From contig CM035354.1 of NCBI GenBank assembly GCA_020137815.1, positions 5,890,001 through 5,954,000 of the forward strand: a DNA stretch of 64,000 nucleotides. Direction: 5' to 3'. A model generated the notes under the pieces. It made no database searches and had not been told where the DNA came from. It saw only the letters and a program-made list of their open reading frames with translations. Position 1 is the first letter of the stretch. Each line of letters begins with the position of its first letter. Of the stretch, positions 1 to 12,800 are shown piece after piece. The position numbers and the translations under genes are program-made. The DNA comes from Hormiphora californensis. Its lineage: Eukaryota > Animalia > Ctenophora.

Positions 1-3000
1 AGCCTATCAGTAACGTGAATAGAGACTTCAAAGTGTTGCCGATAGAAGTAGTGGAACTCGTTACCCATTGGTTTGATGTTGGACACTATGAGTCTCAGTG
101 CTTCGTATAGAGATGTTTTATTGTTGGGGTGAAGGGAGTTGGAGGAGAGGGCAACTCGACAGTAGTTCAACCATACTGTAACGTCCTGAGTTGATTATAT
201 TTGATGTTGATGTTGATATTTTATCCTTTTCTGAATTCAAAATTCAAATTAAAGTATACATCCGATTATTCTAATTTAGTAACAGCAATATAATGAACAG
301 TTTTACCCTAGGCTGAGTTGTTTGTACTCGTAGGTTCAATAGAAGTTCTATAAGACTCTCCAGGGCTGGTTCCTCTAAGTATCCTATTGTTATTGTCTCC
401 TCTATCATCCGTAGTATCTCTACAACTGTACTGGCCGCTGAATACTGAATTTTTGGGGGTTTCTGAGTTTCTCTTTGGGTCTGATCTACATGTTGGGATT
501 TGGGTCTGATCTGAATAGGCATTTACCCGATGTTGGGCTTTGGGTAAATAATATCTGGGAGATGCAGGACTGTGATGGGAGGTGGAAAGTATGGTAAACT
601 TCAGATACCTGTAGATGGTAGTTCATCATAACAAATGCCTTTCCCAGTGTTCTCCTAGTCACTACAAGACACTCCACAGTACCCCTGATAGCATCCCACC
701 TTCCATTCTGCCCACATTGCCTGGTGATGTGTCTGGAGAGAGTGAGACAGGTTGTAGGATCAACTCTGAGCCTCACTGAGGTGCCCTCCTCTGTAATTGG
801 CCAGTGTAGTCCTGCGTAGTTGTCACTGGTACACTGACCTGACAGGTATATTGTGGGAGATTTGAATCTCAGAGTTCAAATTTAAGATGGGGAGAAATTT
901 ATCACCCCGTTTAGTGGTCTCTAGAGAAGAGCTGGATAGGATAGGGATCAGGATTTTCAAATAGTTTTCTTACTGAGAGTGTTGAAGGAAAACACGCCAG
1001 GTTTTGTGTAGGTACAGGTCAGTACAGGACCTTGCTGGATCTCTCCCTTCACCCAAGATCCATCCCAAGATAGACATCGTAATCTCCTTCCCTGTAGTAG
1101 TCAGACATGCATTATGTTAGTATTTTAATTTAGGAATGTCCGAGTCAACCAGAATATGTTAGCGGCTAACTTAGCCCATAGCCATATCTTGAGCCAATCT
1201 GAGCAAGTGAATACAAAGTGTTTCAATATATCTCTACTAACCGAGTGATGTTTTGCTGATATAGTGACATTTGCAGGTACAATGTCTGTCCCACCTACTG
1301 TCACCAATATAGTTGGGTGATTGGTCTCACTGTCAGCAACACCACCATCATTGTTGAATAGTCTGCTGGTGGACATCCATACCAGCTGTACCATTTCCCC
1401 CGCTAGTCCACCCCGTACTGTCACATTTAGACCTGGATTAGATGTTGTAAATAAGAAGTTGAGATATAGTTCAGTTCTTCTTGCAACCTCCTTGTCCCCC
1501 TAAGTTAATTTTTCCCTAGCACCCCTGTCTGCCTACCACCCCTGTCTCCCTTGACCCCTGTCTCCCTACAATCCCTACTATACCATCCCTTCTTACGGTT
1601 ATCTCGTCCAATATAGTGGTTAGCATGGGAGTGATCCAGGACCGTACTAAATATCGTCACATTATCAGCATGATACACACGGTGATATGTCACGTCTCCA
1701 GTAGGCACGTGTTCTAGCAGCTCACTTAGCAACTGGTAACCCCTGAAATAGGTTGTTATTGAAATGGGTTCAGGGCTACCTGTCTGGCGGCGCTGAGATC
1801 GGGTCAGTACCGCCAGACAGGGGGCTACTAAGCTACAGTTGCGTTGAATTATTGATCTTGTTTGGTCATTGATTGAAGGCAGTCGAACGTGTCAGCCACA
1901 ATATTATGATCTTGTTTGAGCAGTGTGGCTAATTAATGAACATGATGTGTACCGTATTTAGATCTACACGGTATATTTACTGCAATTACTCTGTATTTTG
2001 TTTCTAATCTGGGAGAGAAGCAATAGTTCCCAATTTGATGTACACCAATTTAGTGTGGGATATTGTGTTTTTATTGAGTTTTTAGCATACCTATATTTAT
2101 TTAGTGATTGGGTGAGAGCTGGTATATATGATTGTTTTTGTTGACATGCATGGCTACTGCCACCACCACTCCTATCTAGATTGTGTAGTTTTTATTGAGA
2201 TGAGAATATTGTTGGCGTGCAGGATCTGGTGTGTGTGATCCAGGCCTCGTCATCAACTTTCAATCGAAGGTTTTTTCTTTGTTGTGACTCAACAACGATT
2301 TCTTGAATCAATAAATTGGCCAATTGGCTGTTTTTGATTCGGACATATTTTTTAGATTTGGCCTGTTCTTTTTCCTATTCATGCCTTTAATTGTTCACGG
2401 AAACAGTGTCAAACGAATCAATTCATACCCAGTGTAGGCGATGTTTTCCCACTGCTCACTGCACAACACCAAGTTTAGATACCGGACAAACATCTCCATC
2501 AGTAGAATGCTCCTCTCCCTCAACCCGACCAGTCTCTCTAGTAGGCCAATGACGGACTCTAGCTCTGTGACTGTCATCTGACAGCCCAGTACTGTCCTGT
2601 TTAGATGCTGGATGACGTCAGACGTGCCAATCAGACCCTGGGTTGGAGGATTAGTATTCAAAGGATAGAGAAAAGGAAGAGGGAGTTTAGTGGGGGGGAG
2701 CAGTCAGGCCTTGGAAAATCTATTGGATCCAATAGGTAGTCATCCGAGTTCTGTAGAAGAGGGAGGTTTTGTAAAACTGAAGGGAGGGCCCAGTAAGAAA
2801 GTGGGCAATCTGTCACTTTGTCCATCACAGATTAGGTGATCATCATTGGTAGCTTACATAATCCTATTACTATTATAATACCCATCATACCTTGTCCAAG
2901 GCGGCTGATATGGCCCCCACCCACTCCGCTCCATCTATTGGCGGTGTGAAGCAGGATCCAGTAAAAGTGATCCATACCCCCTCGTGAGTGCACCTCCTTA

Positions 3001-3148
3001 CTAGAGTGCTAGTTGGGCTAGTACCAGGGCACCATTTAGACACATAGTGGTCGGAGACATTGGGCCAGGGGACACCACCATACCAATCATTGGAACATGT
3101 CAATCCAGCTGATAGGGGAACACAGAGCAACAACAGGAGGAGCAACAT
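1..3148 (-). CDS. Adhesion-GPCR-like extracellular region (signal peptide, HormR, GAIN/GPS-like, second HormR, helical region); continues beyond the left edge
   Basis: ATG 3148: MLLLLLLLCVPLSAG signal peptide, then CSNDWYGGVPWP..KWCPG..RRCTHEGVW (HormR). Phase-compatible GT-AG exons at about 2891-3148, 2429-2637, 1598-1742, 1242-1431, 974-1091 (CLSWDGSW..TCTYTKPGVFSF) and 610-838 (CTSDNYAGLHWP..RQCGQNGRW..C). Further likely exons at about 308-445 and 1-186 (their junction is unresolved). No 7TM region in the window. Confidence 0.65.
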
Positions 3149-4910
3149 TGGGATTGTAATATTGACCCGGTGATATTATTGTGATGTGTTAACAATAGAT
3201 CTTGACATTCTGTCTCTTTTATTCTTGTCACATCAGTCAATAATCATGATCTCTTTTTCCATTACTCTCTCCCTCTGTATGTCTCTCTATATTGACACAC
3301 AAAGGCGGCCATGGGGGCTGGTGGTATCTGAAATGTGAAGTCTTCCAAGCAATTACTTGAAGCTATGAATTAGAGACCTCTCTGCAGCAGATCCATGTCT
3401 AGATTCATCTATTCATATTGTTCTTTTTGCTTCGAATCGGAGGGTGGTCTCCATTTATTAGACATTGGAAGAAATAGAGAGAAACTGAGAAAGAGAGGTA
3501 AAAATTAGGGAAGAAGTTGGAAAGATAGGGAGCATCTCTGTTTATACAAGCTCCCTCCGTTTCCCGTGTTTGTTTTCCAGGTTTCACTTCCACTGTCATC
3601 AAGATGAGTCCCTCTTCCACCCCCATTTGACATTCCTCAATATTCTTTACCGCGGCCCTTCACGGCTCCCACATCTATAGCTTTCCAGTATAGTGATCAG
3701 TAGGCATAACCAATCAGATCATGTATGTAATCTTGCTGTTTTAACTTGTTACAGCTCTTGCAATTGCTCCGTTCACTGCTTCTCAATTCGACAATTCCTA
3801 GAAGGTTTCAGGATGACGCCTAACACGCAAGCTCTCTCTAACTTTCTCTAACTAACTCTCTCCCAACTTCTAACACAGGCCCTCTCTCTCAATAGTCTAG
3901 TAACTTCTTCAGCTCCTTCACTCTCTCTCTCTAGTCTCTACTCGTGTACACATGTGGACATAACTGCTGTGCAGCCTTTGGACATACAAGTTGCTGTAGC
4001 CTACTCTACTCCAAACATAGCTATAATCACTTTGCCCTGGATTGTCCAGTTGCATGACGCGTGACACTGTTCACTGTTCACGCGATATTTATAAAAGGAA
4101 TAGCAAGGAATTGTCGACGCCGACACAAGTTGCACTGTCGAAATTCCTTGCTACTGCTACAGCAGCATGTAGGTTCCGGAAAAATAGTCCGGGAATTAGA
4201 AGTGTATTTGTAACATCTGAGTTTGTGTGTCATACACCGTGCAATATTCAGTTATTACGTTCACTGCTTTTTATGTGGATATTTTGTTGCACGCGTTTCC
4301 TAATTTCTAGATTTGTTTTTCACACTTTCCTCTGAAAAGTCATCAGCCAGAGAGGCATAGAGTTTGTAAAAGTTCTGGAATTTCAAGGAGTTGCAGTCCA
4401 GTGTAACATCCTATTGATTTGCTATTGGCACGCTAGTGACAAATTGAATAGTTCCAATGGTCTCTCTCTTGTATCCACCCAGTCTCTGATCTCTCCCAAT
4501 TTATCCCCGGGAAATTGCTCTCTATCAGAGAATGCTGGCGAGTCTGGTGTTTATTCATATTCTCTCTCATTATTCCCCATTTTTACAATTTGTCCCAGCT
4601 TCCCCCTGAATTGGACAGGAGGTGTTTGTTTAACTGGGACGCCGCCGCCACGCGTTGCATATATTATGTACATCACTTCCCCTTTAACGTTTATTCAATA
4701 TGGTTGTAGCAGTCAATCCTCGTCCCAAATCCACAATGGTACAAAAAGTGGAGAGCGATGGAGTAGGTGGTGGAGGTGGTGGTTTTCTAGGGATCCCAAA
4801 AGCACCGTAAGTCGATATCATATGGAGTGGAAAGATGATGTTTGTGTGGCAAATGCGTGATACCCGGACACGCAATTCCGCCCTTATTACTGATGTGTCT
4901 ATTTTCTCTG

Positions 4911-5078
<168 letters not shown>

Positions 5079-5242
5079 CCTAGCTATCACGCACGTTGCT
5101 AGCGGCGTATTACTGTTGTTGTTGATCTAAGTTTGGCTGTGTACAATATTCTCTCTGCTCAACTCGCTGTTGCACTAAATCGCTCAATAGCAAGCAGTAA
5201 TTGTAGTTGTACTGACAGTACTGTGTAATTGTGTAGTACACG

Positions 5243-8242
5243 ATGAGTCATGCTTTTCCTACAGGACGGGCGCGTAGCCAGTACGTTTTAATATGTGTGT
5301 GACCTCTTTAAATTTAGTGTTCTGGTACTGTCCATTCCGTTCTGTTCAATTCTGTTTGTGTGTCTGGAGATCTATGTTTCGGAGTTATTTAGCTACTAGT
5401 TCTGCTATATTCTACACATGATCCCCTTTCAGATCGGATACAAGTAACATAGGACAGACTGCAATTGATGAAAGTCTACTTCTGGAGTTCCTTGAAGATG
5501 AGGGAGTCGATGTTTCCACTGCCAAGTTCCTTCACGTATGTATTTTAACGCAATTCTGTCTTCTATTAGAAGTTCTAACTTGATGAATTAGTAATAATTG
5601 ATCAAATGTGTGTGTTTAGATTTTCTACTTTTAGCATCCAACCTCTTTCTCAATTCAGGGGCTTAGCAAGAATGGTTTGAGACCCCTGTCGGACCCCCGG
5701 TTCAAGATAACGATTGACAAGATCAAGGCAATGAGTAGTGATAAAGATACTATCCCTGAAGTTATGGACATGGATAGCTTCAAAAGGTATAGAGCAGCGA
5801 AACATGATATAGGGGTGGGTCAAAGCCCAGAGTGAATGACTTTTTTGAGAGACTTTATATTCTTCCCCCCCCCCCCCATGTATGAGTAGACCTATGATCC
5901 CCCTATCCCAGCATGTTACCGACCTCCCTCCCTCCCTCGCAGGTGTCTATCCTCCAACATGGTGTTCATCACCCAGGCCCTCTGTGGCAACCTCGTCATC
6001 CCAAAGTGGGGCGACTTCACCCACATCATCAGGGAAATATTCGAGGAGTGTCGACAGGCAAAAACCGGTAAAGTAGCTGATCTGACTCCACAAATGGCAA
6101 AGGTGAACGCGGAGAAGTATGCTGTCAGCATTTGTACAGTTGATGGGCAAAGGTTTAGTGTGGGTGATTTCAAGGATTCCTTCCCGGTTCAAGATCTGAA
6201 TAGAGTTCTTCTTTACACCCTATGTTGTACTGACAAGTCTGTGGATTACATTCACAAGTGAGTTTAGAAGTAGGATCTTAGTACGGGCGGGTTTGAAGAT
6301 GTGGCAACTTCTTCATTTTGGAAAACTCAAATCCAAGGCCTTATATTGTAACCCTCAATTATCTACAGCTACATTGGCAAGGAGCCTAGTGGTTCTGAGG
6401 GTGATGCTTTGGCCCTAAAGAACAAGAAACCTCACAACCCCCTCCTTCTCACTGGAGGACTAACTCTGGCATCATTGATGAAACCCACTCTCTGTTTCTC
6501 AGAGCGATTTGAGTACTTCGCAAAGAAATGCCAACAGTGAGTGTAGATGAGAGAGGGAGAGATATGTTTGACCAAGTCACGTGATTACACAATCTCGAGA
6601 CAATTATGTCAAAAGCCGGAAAGGAGAGGAACAAATAGAGCCTAATATTCACCCGTTCATTCAGGTTCTGTGGTAATGAATATGTTGGGTTCAATAACTC
6701 CCTGGCCCTATCTCTGAAGGATCACTCCAACAGACTGTACGCTATCGGCCACTACCTCAGGGAAAATGATTGCTTCTCTAAAGATACAAAGGTTAGTGGT
6801 GACAGTGACACCCATTTGTAAAGCAACGTCCCTTCATGGAGGAGATGCAACCCCATCGGCCATCTCCCACCCAATAACGGATAACCCACCGACCCAATCT
6901 CCCATCAGTAACCCATCCCTATCCCCCTGTTTTAGTACGAGGATCTAGAGAAGACGATGGAGCTATTTATCCACTATAGCGCCATTGAGATGACATGTGA
7001 TGCTGCCTCTGTCATGGCCGCCACCCTGGCCTCTGGGGGACTGTGCCCTCTCACTGGGGAGAAGGTGGTGTATCCTGAGGCGGTTAGGAACTGTCTGAGT
7101 ATGATGAACTGTTGTGGAGTTAACGATTACAGCGGAGAATTCATGTTTGAGGTGAGGATTTCAATGAATTTAATCTGTTTTTAGATCTCCATGATTTGGA
7201 GCATCTCCTGCATTCAGCTTAGAGTCATCAGCTTAGTGAGGGGCCAGGATACGCTAGCCGAGTATCTTGTAAACACGTATCTGTAGTATAACTTCTAAAA
7301 CCCCACCCTCCCAGGTTGGTCTCCCAGCCAAGTCAAATGTCTCTGGAGCCCTAATAGTGGTGATCCCTAATGTCCTGGGAATGTGTATCTACTCTCCCCG
7401 ACTGGATAGGAGCAAGAACTCTGTCAGGGGCGTCAAGTTCTGTAAAATGTTCACAGACAGATTTGTTTTCCACCAGTTTGATCCTACTGATAGGTCTAGC
7501 AACAAGATTGACCCCCGAAGAAAGGACTTCACTGAGACTAGGGTAAGGAGAGTTGTGTGTGTGTGTATAAGTTCAGTGTCCAGTGATCCTATAAACTCTA
7601 TGAATTTGTCACAATGAGTTAATTGAAACAACACACACACAGGACCAGCAAAGTCTAATCCTGCTGTTTGCTGCCTATAACGGCAACATGACTACTCTAT
7701 ATCGGTATCTGAAGGAGGGAATTAACTTTGGATACCCTGATTATGATGGCAGGACAGCACTTCACCTTGCCGTCTGTGGAAGTAAGTGATACATCATTAA
7801 TTATCTCTCTCCCACACGGCCACAATTACAATATAGGGCCTATCAAAAAATTAGTGCCTCTCCGAGTCATGTATCTATAATTGGAACCCAATTCCTTCAG
7901 TCAAGCCGCCTGTCTATCACTACCAATTACCAGCCCTTAATTTATTTACCGATTCACTACCGGATATTATGCATTGCACCGGCGTCTTTGATTAATTAAC
8001 AATAACGCCCTCCCTTCCAAACTAACACAGTCCTCCTCCCCTCCCCAGGTCAGCTAGATGTGGTGAAGTTCCTGGTTGAAAAGTGTCACGTTGATGTGAA
8101 CCCTGTAGATCGGTGGGAGAACACACCGCTGGATGATGCCCACAAATACAACAACACCCACATTATCCACTTCCTCCAGAGGAAGGGAGCTCAGAAGGGC
8201 AAGACGATCATGGGAAACTGCACCGAGACATTGCCGCATTAG
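5243..8242 (+). CDS. Glutaminase (GLS/KGA-like) homologue 1 with C-terminal ankyrin repeats; predicted catalytically inactive
   Basis: 10 phase-compatible exons (about 5243-5280, 5433-5535, 5659-5786, 5943-6257, 6369-6536, 6665-6791, 6936-7151, 7315-7542, 7643-7781, 8049-8242). Motifs: SICTVDGQRFSVGD, YIGKEPSG, KPHNP, AATLASGGLCPLTGE, VGLPAKS, YSPRLDRSKNSVRG, DYDGRTALHLA, DRWENTPLDDA. Confidence 0.93.
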
Positions 8243-8606
8243 GGAAGTTTGGGACGTGTAGGACTTGCAACTGGGAGTTGTTAATGACAATTTGATTGAC
8301 TCTGAAGTTATCGCAGTATGATATGTGCATGTGGGAGAAGAATGTTTTAGTTTACTTAGGTCTGGCGGCACCAGACCCCGCTTAGATCGCGATAGGGTCG
8401 TTGCCGTCAGACAGCTGTAGTTTACAAACTATCAGAATGAATCAGAGAGACACAACAGAATGATATGATATAGACGATGTGTTTTGTATGTTACGTGCAG
8501 GCCTGTGTGACGATCTTGATATACGTTTATGAGAAGAAATTAGTGTTCATGTCAAGTGAGTTATATTTCATCTCAGTTTATTAAAACTCCGTGTTTTTCC
8601 ATATTG

Positions 8607-8772
8607 CAAGGGTATTCTCTACTTTGATTTAGCTTCACAAAAGTGAAACTAGGAGCCAAGACAGACCCTGCTTTGTCTACGTACTACGTGACGTAGCAGC
8701 CCCCTCTGTGTGCCAACACAGAGGGGCGCGACTTGCCCAAGACCCAGCTGTGTCTGATAGAGAATACCCTTG
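8607..8772. mobile_element. MITE-like element with 15-bp terminal inverted repeats
   Basis: caagggtattctcta (8607-8621) / tagagaatacccttg (8758-8772); internal hairpin cccctctgtg..cacagagggg; no clear TSD. Confidence 0.6.
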
Positions 8773-9841
8773 GTTCCTTGTGTGTACACCAGATAATAAA
8801 GTCATAGTCTTGGAAATTTGAAAATATAGATTAACCTAACAACAATGTATAAATCACCACTTTCACCCCTGCTTCTGTAGTTAATATAGTGGTTTAATAT
8901 TCCAACACAAAACCCTCATATATCGCTCTCATTTTGCAGTATAAACTGCAACAACTTGTTGAATCAACAAGCAACAACAACTTAATAAGTGAAAAAACAG
9001 TGACAATAATGTGGGGGCGGGTAAAAAGACATGCTCTGAATCTGAAGATGCAACTTATCATTTTCTCTGGGATACTTCTCCAAAAACATTGTACAAACAC
9101 TAAACTGGTCTTCCTAGAGCATAAACTTGTGATAAAAGAAACTGGCGGCAGCTGTAGTAATATATGCCTGTAAATGAGTTAAAATGAATTTGTGAAGGAT
9201 CTAAAAATAATTTTAAAGCTGTGAAAATTATAAATTTTAAATTCTATGAACTCTCGGTAGAAACCACAGAACAAACACCACACACGTCTCAAAGTGATAC
9301 TCAAACAGTGTATAATAGAGACAACACTGGTAACGAATAGAAAGGTCAACTTTATACGTTACCAAGATGAACAAGGAATTATTGGCACAAAGGTCAAATA
9401 CCTGTCTGACAAAACCAACGTTGTCGAGTTGTCAGATCAATAATTTAATTTTAATGGGATAAATGGGATGTAATTTATTGTCTAGCTCGCCAAATTAACG
9501 AGATTGTGCAATTGTTACGCTCTGACAACAAATTGTACAGTAGGTAGTTAAATATTGTGCTGACACTTCAGGGGAAGGGGATATTTGGGCAAGGGAATAT
9601 ATCGTGTAAATATACTATTAATATGGTCATAAAATTAGTATGTTTAACAAGATTAAGATTTCTCCCCCTCACGCAATCATTAGTGGCCAAGTTATCAACC
9701 AGGCGCACTTTAAATTCTGAATTACAGGGCGGTCATTCATTCACTCTCTGACGTTAATCAGTGTCCGTTCCACTGCAGAAATTATATAGAGCCACAAAAA
9801 CTCCTCAGTATATCATTGCTCACTCGGCAAGACATGCAGCA

Positions 9842-12800
9842 TTAGGAGAAAACTCCAAAGTTGGCTAGACTCTCATCCTGTGACAGCATCTCATCTACTG
9901 TGTCCGGTGTTGGTGCCTGCATCTCATCTACTGTGTCCGGTGTTGGTGCCTGAAACAAGAGAGAGGTACTGTTAGGTGTTGGGTTGGTTTGTGTGTTGAT
10001 TTGTTCTGTGGTAATAACATGAAGTTGCCAAACAGTGCCCCCTTTTTCCTGCCCACCCGAACTAGGTGATACTGTTTCATGTTTCCTTCTCCTTTGCAGT
10101 TTGCACACCTACAACCTTTTACAACAGCAGAGTTCTAACTAAATAACAAAGCGGAGTCATTGTTATTTTTTATCCCCTGACCCTCATGATGTGCATATAA
10201 ATTATCTGATTGTATAATACAAGCCCTCCCTAAAACATCTCTGATACACCTGATAGTGACTACTACTTGTTGCTTCGTTCTTTACTACACCATGATTTAA
10301 TGCATGTCACTGTCCCTGGGTAGATCTAGGTGCATGTATTTCAATTTCATAGGTGCATGTATTCCAATTTCATGGGTGGGACCACCTTGATGGTGATGCC
10401 ACCCCCTCTTAGGAGGGGTGGTTGCGTCACCAAGGAGGGACCACCGTGTCACAACTTCTCCCAGGAATTATATTTTAAATGCAGCGTGGTGGTAACTAGA
10501 CGTGCCTTCTACTAGTCTGTATGACAGTTAAAACTGCTGATGACATATACGCGATACCCTCGCCCTATATGTATCTCTCTCTGACACGCAACCCTTCTTA
10601 ATGTAAAATGAGGTAGAGTTGCAGTTGTGACGCAAGCTACCACCGCCTATCAAATTATCGTCACATGTCTCTCTTTCTAGCCGTCCCACACCCAATATCC
10701 GTTGCATGCACATTGCACAAACTTCCGCTTTGTGTTAGTGCTGGGTGCTTTTCTATACCCTTCTTGTAGTAGCTTTCATGCAGCCTGAAACCGTCCCATA
10801 TTGTTCAGACAGTGACACAGTATTTAGTAACCTAGTTTACTGTTAGCAACTTGAGTTTACTTTTGGTTACGATGTTACCCCTTGCCAGCGCGCACGAAGG
10901 TCGCCCTAAACAGAGTGTGAGGTGTCTTCGATACCAAAGTTTACTTACTGGACTGGGGAGACAGGGGGTTGGTGCTGCTGATACATCGGCAATATAACCT
11001 CCACCCTCATCGTCAGCAACGTAGTTCTGGGGGATAGAGATAGTAGGGGGTTATAGTCTATAAATATAGGGTTTAAAGGTAAGGGGATGATGGGGGGAAG
11101 TATCTGGCACCAGTCTGTAGAATTTAGACATCGCTAAATTAAACTGCCGTTTATCGCGGCTGACAGTTTTTCAAGAAAGAAGCCTTGCAAGAGTGCACTA
11201 CAACATGTGTTTAGGCCACTTCAAAATCCGGTAGAAGCTAGAAGTTGCTGACAGTAGCTAGATGTGAATATAGCACACATTTTGCAGTTGTTACCTGGCT
11301 GTCGCTAGAGTCCGATGGAGATGTAGAAGTTTCCTCTCTCTTCCCATTGATACCTGCTGCCTGCAACAAAATATTCTTGTAATTCTTGCATATATTTGTC
11401 AGTTTCCTTCTCTTGTTTGTTTGACAATGGCCAACGCATATATGGCCATTTTCTGTATATCACACTGCTATTTCTCTCTTTGAAGTCAAAATGTTGGTAT
11501 AGTTTAGATAACTCTATCAAATATATATCAGACAGCTTGTTTTACCTTGTCTAGGTTGATATTGGGTAGGGAGTACGTCTTGAGAGGGGGTCTGTTCTCA
11601 GGATTGAGGAGAGTGTTCCTCTTTTTCGGAGTTTTTCGTCGTTTGAGGGTAGCCGGGGGAAGGGGAGGAGGTTCCGCACCATTAGATAGCTTTTTGTACT
11701 CTTGTAACAGGTGTTTATACTGTGCATCCCTCTTCTGGAGCTTCTCCTTCAGTTTCCTGTGAGACTCAATCTCCTTCCTCCATTCTTCAAGTTGCTCCGG
11801 CTTGCTGAGTCGGACCTTGAATACACCTCGCCACGACATCTGGCTAGCTCTGTAGCTCTCCTCTGTCCTCTTTTGTAGGTCCCTTTCCACCTCGACCAAG
11901 TGCTTCTTGATAAACAGGGCAGCGGGCCTTGCTTCTGGGTGGGGATTCCTGGAGAGGAAAGATGTGGTTACAATTTAGCACTTAGCAGTAACCCGAGCAT
12001 TCCTAATTTTCTCACAAACACCCCACGTCTTATAACGACTACCATTTCCTGCTAGTCATATTGAGAAGGAAGATGCCACCTTCAACAACAAGTAGTAAGG
12101 TGATAAGCCAGGAATACCAAAAAAAAATTGTTACAAAGGATTTCCACCTCAAATGTACTCCTAAGGGTCACTTCTATCGATTCCAACCAATGTTCATATT
12201 TGTTCAGGGGTGCTAAGGCCTCATTTCCGGGTGGGCGTGGTACCTGTTTTTTCAGTCTGAGGCCAAAACCATAAGTACATACCCTTAAAATAGGAGTAGA
12301 GATAAGATCGAGGGTACTAGAGTGATCAGCGTCCTCGCATTAGTGGGGGTAGGTGCTAGAATTAAGTCTCTATCTCATCTGGTTAATTAGATAATTGGAT
12401 AATTAGTTTTGCGCATAACCGTTTTTTGGCTATATGGCTATAGCCACTTAGGAATGGTTTAAAGACTTTTCATTGGTGCCATTTTGTAGGCAAAGCGAAT
12501 TTATGGGGGGGCGACGTCGGACTTTTAAGCTCTATCTCCAACCGTTTAGCCGTTATTTGGCTTTTAAGATTCTCCAAATGAGCAAAATACGGTAAAATCC
12601 CCGATTTTGAACACCGTTAAAGCCAAATAACGGCTAAACAGTTGAAGATAGAGCTTAAAATTCCGACGTCGACCCCCCATAAATTCGCTTTGCCTACAAA
12701 ATGGCACCAATGAAAAGTCTCTAAACCATTCCTAAGTGGCTATAGCCATATAGCCAAAAAACGGTTATGCGCAAAACTAATTATCCAATTATCTAATTAA

